Source: a virus
Lineage: Duplodnaviria > Caudoviricetes
Direction: 5' to 3' (one strand)
Virus record (IMG/VR): IMGVR_UViG_3300032030_000035
Coordinates: 37,610 to 101,609 of that record
DNA: 64,000 nucleotides
Shown here: positions 12,501-20,600 of the stretch, in pieces
Position numbering within the stretch: position 1 is the stretch's first letter
Layout of the letters: each line of letters starts with the position of its first letter
Made by a program: the position numbers and the translations under genes
The notes under the pieces: generated by a model
Database searches by the model: none
Told to the model about the DNA's origin: nothing
What the model saw: only the letters and a program-made list of their open reading frames with translations

Positions 12501-14525
12501 TATATCCGCAGTACCAGATAATAATAAATCATTATTTACAACATTTAAATAAACTACATTATTATTTTTATTGTAATTATAATTTTTACTAATTGTATAA
12601 TCAATGTCAAACTTACCATATTTACTTACAATATAACTATCATCAGTTTCAGAAAATTGAATATTTTTAGCCTTTTTATAACCATCAATATCAAAATTCA
12701 TCATTGAGTTTTTAGGTAATGTCCAAGTAAATAAGCAAGTATTATAAGTTTCTTCGCTATACTCCTCACCCGCCGCATCGTAAATAGTACAAGATAATGG
12801 ATCTATTGTACTAATTCTTGAACTAAGCGGACCATCATAAAACTCTGACTGAGGTGAGTTACCATAACTATCATACTTATATAATTTATTGCTATTGCTC
12901 ATAGAAAGATAACTTCCATCTACACTATTAATAGCAATAAGTTTTTGTACAGTACCAACAAGTTTATTATTACCGTTAGAATCTGTACGATATACGGTAC
13001 ATACTATAAGGTTCATATCATTTGTAATTAAAGAACCATAAAATTGTATATCTGTTATATATTCTCTTTGACCTGTTGTTTCATCAATAACTGAAACATA
13101 GTTTGTTCTACAGTTATCTCCTTTATTCCAGAAATTATTATCTATATAATCTCCATCAGAGCCATATCTCATCCAAGCATAAGTTAAATGAGAATTATCT
13201 TCACTATAATCTGATAAGGTATTAACTTTACAGGTTAAAGTAATTAAATCATTTTTTAACGCAAAAGCAGGATTAGACTCAAGAGAAATAGAAACTTGAC
13301 TATCTAAATTTTCAATTAGAATAGTTTGTCCTACATTAGTGCCATTATAAATAATTATGCACTTATATTTTGCGGAAGTCTCTATATCACTTTGCTTAAC
13401 TGTAAGTGAATATTCATCAGTATTGAGAATACTTTCAGATACAGTACCATCCGAACTTTCTTGTTCTGAATATGTATTAAGGCATCTCCATCCATAGCCG
13501 CCTAAAGTATTGTAGTTTTGAGAACCATATACTACGCTACTATCTTGTACAAACCAATAACAAGCAAGATTGTTTAACGAAGTTTCAGCTCCGTTGATTA
13601 ATAATGTAGGAGTAATCTTTTTAACAGTTCTAAATCTACTTCCTAAGAAGAAATTACCCTCAGTTGCGGTTAATAATAAATGGTATCCCGCAGTTTCACT
13701 TGAATCTATAACTTCAACGGGATAGAATTGAATATTACTAAGAAAGATATCATAGTAATCATCATATTGACTATCATTACTTACTCCAAAGCCTTTACAG
13801 AAACCTTTAATCTGGATTTCATTTGTTCTTGAATTATCATAAATTAAATCATCTTCAATAGTAACATATAATTTTTGAGTAACATAATCTACAAAGTCAT
13901 ATGGAGAACCATACATTTTTTCAGTATTAAAGTAATATGTCTTTGTAACTTCTTCTGCGGCATCTCCAGTTATACGCTTAAACGGAAGTGTTAATTCTAT
14001 ACCATAGTCACCATTAACCTTCTGGTAGGGGTCTTCTATGGCAGTTTTTACGTCTAAACTTAAACAAAAAGTTTTATTTCTCTCTAAATAATGTGAAAAT
14101 ATTATATTAAAATTGCTTCCCGCAATTGCATTAGCATCTTTCTCTTCTGGACTATGATAAGTACAAAAAGCTAAATCGGTAATAGAATCAAAAATTGACT
14201 CTCCAATTTTCTTATATTGTACCTCAGAAGTTATATCATAAAGACCAACATAAGGATTACTAGAGCCAATAATTGTCAGCGTACTATCTAATGCGCCATC
14301 TTTACTTAATACAAAAACAGAATCACCTTTTGAGTAGTGCGTAGTAATAGTATTAGAATATGCTCTTAACGTCTGTTTTAAATATTCAACTGAATATAAA
14401 CCAATAGACGCATCTACTATATCTACAATAGTACATTCAATAACTTTCACGTTCTTTTGTTTATCAAGAGAACTACCAATGAGAGTTTCTATTGAATCTA
14501 ATATTTCTTGTGCTATTGTACTCAT
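6570..14525 (-). CDS. Giant tail protein (central fibre/spike-like, Ig-like N-half, helical insert)
   Basis: 2651 aa directly downstream of the tape measure; beta-rich domains and APQIGAG..FTGITMG..GLFGF..GRQSIFLDAKTGKAQFG segment typical of phage tail proteins. Confidence 0.65.
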   Translation of the reverse strand: MSTIAQEILDSIETLIGSSLDKQKNVKVIECTIVDIVDASIGLYSVEYLKQTLRAYSNTITTHYSKGDSVFVLSKDGALDSTLTIIGSSNPYVGLYDITSEVQYKKIGESIFDSITDLAFCTYHSPEEKDANAIAGSNFNIIFSHYLERNKTFCLSLDVKTAIEDPYQKVNGDYGIELTLPFKRITGDAAEEVTKTYYFNTEKMYGSPYDFVDYVTQKLYVTIEDDLIYDNSRTNEIQIKGFCKGFGVSNDSQYDDYYDIFLSNIQFYPVEVIDSSETAGYHLLLTATEGNFFLGSRFRTVKKITPTLLINGAETSLNNLACYWFVQDSSVVYGSQNYNTLGGYGWRCLNTYSEQESSDGTVSESILNTDEYSLTVKQSDIETSAKYKCIIIYNGTNVGQTILIENLDSQVSISLESNPAFALKNDLITLTCKVNTLSDYSEDNSHLTYAWMRYGSDGDYIDNNFWNKGDNCRTNYVSVIDETTGQREYITDIQFYGSLITNDMNLIVCTVYRTDSNGNNKLVGTVQKLIAINSVDGSYLSMSNSNKLYKYDSYGNSPQSEFYDGPLSSRISTIDPLSCTIYDAAGEEYSEETYNTCLFTWTLPKNSMMNFDIDGYKKAKNIQFSETDDSYIVSKYGKFDIDYTISKNYNYNKNNNVVYLNVVNNDLLLSGTADIQFIKEGDNGTNGTKYSAVLTYNGVGYGKKDFTGIEQKLKLMFIADDTSTHGPWYILPTNSDLVDANFCDVNYFPPAGLNPLGVEVYKDGVLVANPFDYNIEWGIFDEAAIKPFFTITSDGKLCIATNRNSDWNTTAIGDNKILVIQAKITINSGSKEEADTVIYAFYPVELIRVDKELFDKMTYFPSLTKGYSIVTYAADGSNPQWDGGNSGAIFNINSGMEINGDTDCFNYEWRLSEKLLMKEKIQQTSADIRPVSKYDDGMANNYVSVVMSPNISGEGSLTPEEVNEKLLEIQTSLDIDTSEIARNVIQYEELKNLATTFDIEPTQKELDTIAEINAVDAKITEQNNNKETATSNYQTALERTYYDRGDDNYATSINSIISELKDYEKKIYDILIQIFKTNSFYGRYKDTANLIENTDYINALQEILEIQNPTINNINYSSKESSYQSALHNLAEAQELLKRFMVAVDESEVATLKAQIDNYDILTDYSEIESLLPSADSADAAVGVTVITDEIEGLNEQDVDYDDRYNAWYSLLDNYTSSYATAAKQVSTWTKASQDLKEDILTNYVKPLSDLITAYITNTDTSYWNNSYVVELSEEVVNGISLVLQSDINNLTNIKNCDLGTYTTQELLNTYNKVSTRVKNIYNNNINLFEYKYLLNNSSIPNLQYFLDKYTNLTILTENYENTLSIIDNGANQDGQDENCIQYLEDEKAQLQVTLKDCYKNRISEIVNWVADVNNDNPYLTYRSDLLNKLSTIEKILNNYQHLFQVTFDTTTQAEIIDAGYDFLTYILSAKLEIYKLRNKVYGLISDKFTKNDLTNLSTLSTGISGHTAAWTKDFLKPFITDTDGNTITNSVVDTINSYDNTVNEISSLIASIKALSPQEEDTIKNIYSKISNFIALPQVSSTNITISNIYDKIANLYDVSSIDLMERSKLETDVIAQVTYLLTDKEEYSSLQILSDICQTAGRDFVSWQQSLNNLLSKFYLLDSNSYTLEELQSAWMGRQNKVISSVNYQSVLIKNFVDLLSSFYDCIYSDNSITINMDPETGEFIKINPFMNLDSHDSELIKNIDSLLEEYNILRARQKIVTLTNPSYIVYLKPIIFRLNTNEFGWLNDWDGNKLYIDENGEYIIAPQIGAGAKDEANRFTGITMGVKKTAESTKSQIGLFGFSAGRQSIFLDAKTGKAQFGLSKAGQITLDPTDDVARLYSGNFYEWNADGTANYNKETGKGMLIDLTTPEIRFGNGGFWVDKNGQMHVGGTDKTEATGNIDSGNSEENGSIDIDDPGLYYYNGYDKFYWEETNGDYEATIVKHGFESTLTPLLMTDSSGYYHYDDNGEDIQVYFCRDGYDLRDSNGNIVNSGSIGPYVRRTTIQTYDSSSSLQDTVCYYFYDDNDVIHYYFYDRDLEEYLFYDSTEVRFWYWDEELMSKVYYEPDTNMYFYYLDGIKTYLKAKSSELGGWRIGEDRIFSENHKMTLYSAYNSPNKSPAIYSGDGYSGDLTEASERRLHSSFESEKNGFYLGDEGLSIGKIVRANNNEFYLGNNNKKYFRAYVDDTNYGKIELGSIKGTVKPDMIGDTDVFKSVSSLEPLATETLPNLDVSDPNRYRIYKINSLGIDKASDPIYEAYNRYYLFSFKVADEWYEITPYYRNNIVVPGYQPIEEDLCFYICEHKYNRRWDLGASNKAAYFYYSEERAKNLDRTNFDLKTALLLDREGTQAHPKKIYIGSDGLLVSDQFRVDIHGNVAIGDVTYSETNSVCWKFNTSSDKSRAFMYYSSNDKSSNRYAILNAQGKETSMTTYVGTDGTRIGNIFKARVGSDITDPGGLEIGNLPSRHFAVSERSAVQLRDAETVITAEGGSIGSVPYWGRNGILYENDPYKMEYETVVGRGSINTKHYCIMSHLFEAGDTFYLDNSNSSDGRFICQIKAENFYIGIPDETTPTVEIDGVLYPRTTYVSLADYIAMQGGGGGNLPAAENYAF

Positions 14526-14600
14526 TTATGATTTCCTCCTTTTTTCTCATTTTATATTATATATAAAACTTGGAAATAAAATATTATTTAAAAAAGACCA

Positions 14601-14638
14601 AAAAAAAAGAAGGGGAGCATTTCGCTCCCCTATCTTTT
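14601..14638 (-). terminator. Intrinsic terminator after tape measure gene
   Basis: AGGGGAGC-ATTTC-GCTCCCCT stem with T-run on the minus strand. Confidence 0.7.
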
Positions 14639-17600
14639 AAATAGTTTGTAATCCTGTCCTTTGTGCGGCAAGGTTTGGTAAACTTAATAAAGCTTCTCTG
14701 ATATCATTTACATCATTTGCGGCAGGGAATTCTGCATTAATGTTGTAAACATTATTCGAACCGCTATTATTAGTTATGTTACCAGTTCCACTTACTCCGC
14801 TTATCCTTCCTAATGCAGCAGCTATTGATTCCGCAATAGCAGACTGAATTGAAGAATTAATTCCAGACAATTGTCTTATAATTGAAACTGCTTCAAGCAT
14901 ATTTGCCGTATCATCAGCGTTGAGAACTAATTCCTTCTGATGTAATACTGCAAATTTGCCATCATCATTACTCCAATCTCCAGTATAACCACCGGATGCA
15001 AAATGAGATGCTGTAGTGGTATTTAAAACTGGAAGAGTCATCATCCATTTAAGAATTTCATCATCTGACATAGTTTGTCTTTTTTTCTCTAAATTCTCAT
15101 TTGAAATATAACCATGATCAGCAAGATAATCTAATAAACCGTTATATCCATCAGAACTTGTTCCCGCAATATGCACCCAATTATTTTGTTTAGTATCCCA
15201 AATACCATAGTTTCCACCAAATTGACTTTCAATTTTCCAATCTCTTATGTTGGAACTACTATCGTAAGAAGAACTAGAACCACCGCCACCAGTTCCGCCT
15301 GCTGCAGCTCTTTGGAATTCATACTCCTTCTGGATCGCTTCATCTAAAACTGAAACAAATTCTATCGCAGCCTGTTTAGCAGCACCGAGTTTACTGATAT
15401 AATCCATCATTTCAATTCCGTTTTCATAAACAGAATCTTTAACTCTATACCAAGCGTCCTCTAAGAAACTGAGATAACTCTCATATTCTGCAAGTTCACT
15501 AGTAGCTGTAGCAACTAAATCACTAGTAGCATCCTGTAATTCCTCAGTAGCTTCAACATCTTCATAAATTTGGGCTTCTACATCGGCATAATCTTCACCT
15601 GCGGCAATACATCCTTCTCTTACAGCTTCGCCGTAATCAAGTTGAGCTTGAGTACATATCGTCATAGCTTCAAGCATTGCATTTTTAACACTGTCAGGAT
15701 TGTTAGACCATATATCAGTAATTTCTGATGCAGCAGTAGCAAAGTAATCTATCGTTTCCCGCATAGCCTCATCACCATGCTCAACAATAGCGTCATAAGC
15801 CTCTCCCGCAGAATTATATACATCAGTAGCACTTTCAATAGCAAACTTAGCCATTTCATCAATAGCACGTTTCTGACTATCAATCATAAGATTGTAGTTA
15901 TCTGTATTTACCATGTACTCAGTAGCAAGTAAAGCATTTGTCTCTTCCGCAAGATTTACTTCATGAGCTTTTAATTCATCTGCTTTAGTGTTCATTTGAG
16001 TAGCATAATAATCATTATACCAATCAATCATCATCTGATACTGTGCTTTTTCTTCTTCGGTAGCGCCAATCATTTTAGCTTCAAGGTCTGCAATAGTAGT
16101 AGACCAATCCTCTGCAAGCTTTATCATTTCTTCTTTCAAATCAGAAACATTTTGCTTTACATATTCATAAGCTTCATATTGAGCATCTAAAAGAGCTTGC
16201 TGTTTGTCGTCTAAATCACCCTCATCCGCAACATATTGATAACTCCAGTTTCCTGCAGTATCTCTTGTTACTTTAAGAGCATTTTTATTATTGCGGGCAT
16301 CCTCAAGATCTGCCTCTGCCTGTGCAACAGCTAATCTCTTTTCAGCAAGAGTGATATCGTATTCAGTAAGAGTAGTTCTATCCTCTAAAGATTTAACCTG
16401 ACTCTCGTATAAATCCTGTAACTTTTGCTGAGACTTAGTAGTTGATGCTTTATCAATAGCCTCCTGGTACTTGAGACTTAACTTTTCTAACTGATAAATC
16501 TTTTCCTGGTCATCGTAAACTCCATCAGCGGCTTCTTTCGCAAGATTCCACTGTTCAGATACGAAGTTATAACTTGAACCTTTCATCAGTTTCTTCTCAG
16601 CATCACTAAATGCCTTAGCCACTGTATTAGAATAACTCTTAGCAAGATTCTCTAAATAAGCCTCTTCTGCGGCATGAAGGTCTTTTATAGCATCGTCCCA
16701 TGCCTTTTTAAACTTCTGAGCAGCATCAGAATCTACGCCGTACTCTGCGGCAGCCTTTTCATACTGACTCTGATAGAAAGCATTCTGGTCTCTTAAAGAA
16801 GCTAACTGTGTAAGATAATTCTTTGACTGAGCGTTATATAAGCTATCAAGGAAATCATAAGCCTGTTGACCATAAAGCAACTCTATAATCTTTGATTGAT
16901 GATTTAAGTCTGCGTTGATAGCCTCAATACTATTTTGAACTTCTCCAAATTTATCAATAACTTCATCAATAGCAGAATTGTAATTATCCCAACCATTCTG
17001 ATATAAGTCAAATAATGCTCCTGCATCATCTACAAGCTGATCTTGTAATTCCTTTAACTTATCCTGAGCCTGAGATATTGACTCGAACATAGAGCTATCT
17101 CCGCCGGCTTCCATCTTATCGATTTCCGCCATAACTTCTTTAGCTGCTTTAAGTTCATCATCAATAGTTCCGCCTTCTCCGCCAAGAGAATTGGCATCAA
17201 ATACAGCAGTTCTAAACTGAGTACCGAAATCAGTCCATCTTGACTTAAAGTTATCTTCTATCTTTCCGATAAAGTCATTCCAATCTCTATCTGCTTGATG
17301 AGTATCAAGTTTAAGAGTTAATTCTGTTTCCCAGCCGGTTAAGTTATTCTCTTTAATCTGACGGGTAATATCATCAAGTTTATCTTGAGTATCCACCATT
17401 TTATTATAGAATAACTCGTCATATTTATCAAGAACCTCTTTGAAAGTATTGTAGTCTTTCTCGTAAGCCTCAAAACTTTCATCAGATATATTACCAGCAT
17501 TATAATCTGCAACTACCTGATTATACTGTTCAAGAGAAGCTTTAGTTTGAGCAAGATAATTCTGTATCTGTCCTTCACTATCAAAAATAATTCCATAACC

Positions 17601-20600
17601 TTCAAGCTGTTCTCTTAACTCTGCGGCTTCCTTATGCTGTTCTGCGGCAAGGTCATTGTATTTCTGAGCCTGTATTTCAAGTAACTCATTTTCCGCCTTC
17701 AGAGAAGAAATTAATTCTGTACGAGATAATTTTTCCTGTTCCTTATCGAGTTTTGATAATGCATGAGTAACTTTCTCAATGGCATTATTAATATCCCAAT
17801 AACGATCATACTCATCATCGAAATCTTTTTCTTCTTTATCTTTTGTCTTATTACTACCACTTCCGCTACCAGTTCCTTCGAAATAATCAATGGAACCCAT
17901 TAAACGCAGTTTATTGTATGCGGCTTGGATGGCTTCTTCAGCAGCTTCAGTATTAACACCAAAATCTGAAGCACTTAATCCGGCTAATCTATAAGCATCT
18001 TTACTAAACTGCTCAAGCAATTCTGTACCTGCCGCAACCTTATTAGCAGTCTGTAAAACGGTATCACCAAGTTCAGAATATGTGCTATTATATTTTTCAG
18101 TAGCTTCAGTAGCATTCTCTTCTGTAAGCCTATGGAGATCTGTTATAAGGTCAGCCATTACTTGCTGCCTCATATAAGCCATCTGAACATCCATTAAAGA
18201 TGAATATGCTTCATTATTAATCTTTAACTGACCATTTTCAAGTTCAAGACTAGCCACAAAAGCATTATCCATTTCAACTAACTGTTGAATACTATCTATT
18301 GAAAGCTTACCATTATCATTATAATCTTCAACAACACTTTGTAAAGATGAATATTGAGATTGTAACGTGTCAATAACAGCACCAATATTTTTATATTGCT
18401 TTTCAATTTCTTCATCTGCGGCAGCCGCATCTATAATACCAGCTTGTAGAGCCTCCATCTCGGCTTGAAGCTCATTTGTAGTATTGATTACTTGACGGTT
18501 ATATTTTTCAACAGCTCCTTGAGATGCTAAATAAGAATTTATTTGTTCAGTAAGTTCACTATAATTTTGTTTAGCTTTTTCTAAATTCTCATTTGCTGCT
18601 TTTTGAAGAGTCTCATTACCATTAAGATCCTCATAATCAACTGTAGCTTGAGCTTCTTTTATTTGTTCTTGCGCTTTTGCTAATGCATCTGCAATTTCAT
18701 CATTTCCAATAGCGCGTAAAACTTCTTCATATTTTTCTGCACTAATTTCTTCACTGGTTATTAATTCTTCAATGGCATTAAGTTGATCATCAGTTAACTG
18801 AGAAAAATCTATTGTAGAATATTTTTCTTCAAATAAATCTTCGGCTATATTAGCAGCCTGTCTAAACGTTTCGATATTGCTTTCATCAATATCGAACATA
18901 TCACCAAATTTTATTGAAGTAGGTAAAGTTTCTAATTCACCCTTTAACTCAGCAATAGCTTGTTTAGTAGCTTCCGCATTTTTACTAGTATCAATTAAAC
19001 CTTCAAGTAAAGCTTGACTTGCTACTCTTGTTTGAGTTTCGAAATCGCTATTTTCAAAGGTTTCACGATCCATGATTAAACCAGTTTTAAGTTTAATCTC
19101 AGGTCTTCCATCAGGGAATAAAGCATTTATTTCATCTTCTTCAAATTTACCTTTACCATTGGCAGCTGCGAGTGTGGCAGGTATGGTCATAGCAAATTCA
19201 GAATCAGAAACTAAATTAGCAAGATTACCATATTTCTCTAAGAATTCATCAATATCTTTACCAGTTGTCTTAAAATAATTCTGGAATCTAGCTAAAAATA
19301 CTAATTCAGCCTGGGTATGTTCTGCAAACTCCTCGAAATAACCTTCGGGATCTCCAAAAATAGCTTCCGCAAGATTATAAGCCTGAATATTTTTAAGCCC
19401 TTCCCCAGAAAACTGTGAAAGTATCTTATTGGCTTCATCCTCTGCTTCATCTTGTTTTAAACCAGAATTTATTAATTCACTTATTATATCTTTTCGAGTA
19501 GCCAGAAAATTTGTAGATGCAACATCTGCACTCGTAAGGGTATTTGAAATAGATTCTTTTATTGCGGTTATTGCTTCAGTAGATAAAGTTGTTAATGCAT
19601 CAACTTTATCACCTAACATATCAATATATTCATTCAGCTCTAATGCTACATCATTAGAAGATGAATTTATTAAATCTTTAAATCCTTGGGCATCTTTTGC
19701 TAATAACTCAGCAAAGACTTCTTGATTAAGATAATCTCCTCCAAGGATTCCTCCAGTAATTAAATCTTCTAATCCATATTGACTAGCATATTGATTTAAT
19801 TGCTTTATATAATCGCTTTCACCAAAATCAATTCCTATACCACTTGTTAATGCAATATTATCACCTTCAGCAGAAAAGAACTGAGTTTTACCATGTTCTG
19901 CGCCAGCATAAGCTAACATTGCATTTTCAATACTCTTTTTCTGACTTTCAATAGCTTTTTGAGTAGAATTTTTATATTCTTCACTTCTTAAACCAAGATT
20001 ATCTTCAATAATAGAATTTAATTCATCATAACTTGCGGAAAGTGATTTTACTGCGAGTTCTTCTTCACCATATTGTAAACATAACTTGTAAGTTTCATTT
20101 CTTAAATCTGTAATTGATCTAACATCTTCTGATTCGTTAAGTTCATCATATGCTTGCTTAAGATTTTTAATATTCTCATATTCTTCTTTTTTCTTCTCAG
20201 CAAGTTCCGCATCTTTCCTAGCAGCTTCTTCAGCATTCTTAGCATTCTTTTCAAGGGTATTGTTATAAACTGCAAGGGCTGCTTTTACACCAACAATAGC
20301 GACTCCAGCTATCGCAGCAACAGGTCCTAATGCACCAAGACCAGTATACACTTCTTTAATAGCTTTTAAAAGACCTCCACCTTTCTTAACGATAGCATCT
20401 TTTAAACCTCCGATACCCTTTTTAGTAAGAATTTCAAATCCTTTAAAAAGAGTCTTTTGAGGATCTTTTAAATCTTCAATACTCTTTATAATTTCGGTAA
20501 TACCATTTTCGTCTCTTAATTCGTCTAATTTTTTCTGCTCATTGTCATTTGTTTTTTGAGTTTTATCTTTATCTTTTTGTACTTTTTTCTGCTCTCTATT

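Noticed and set aside
1-14525. Diversity-generating retroelement targeting tail proteins
   Set aside because: No reverse transcriptase and no adenine-specific TR/VR pair were seen; the fibre duplication differs at all base types.
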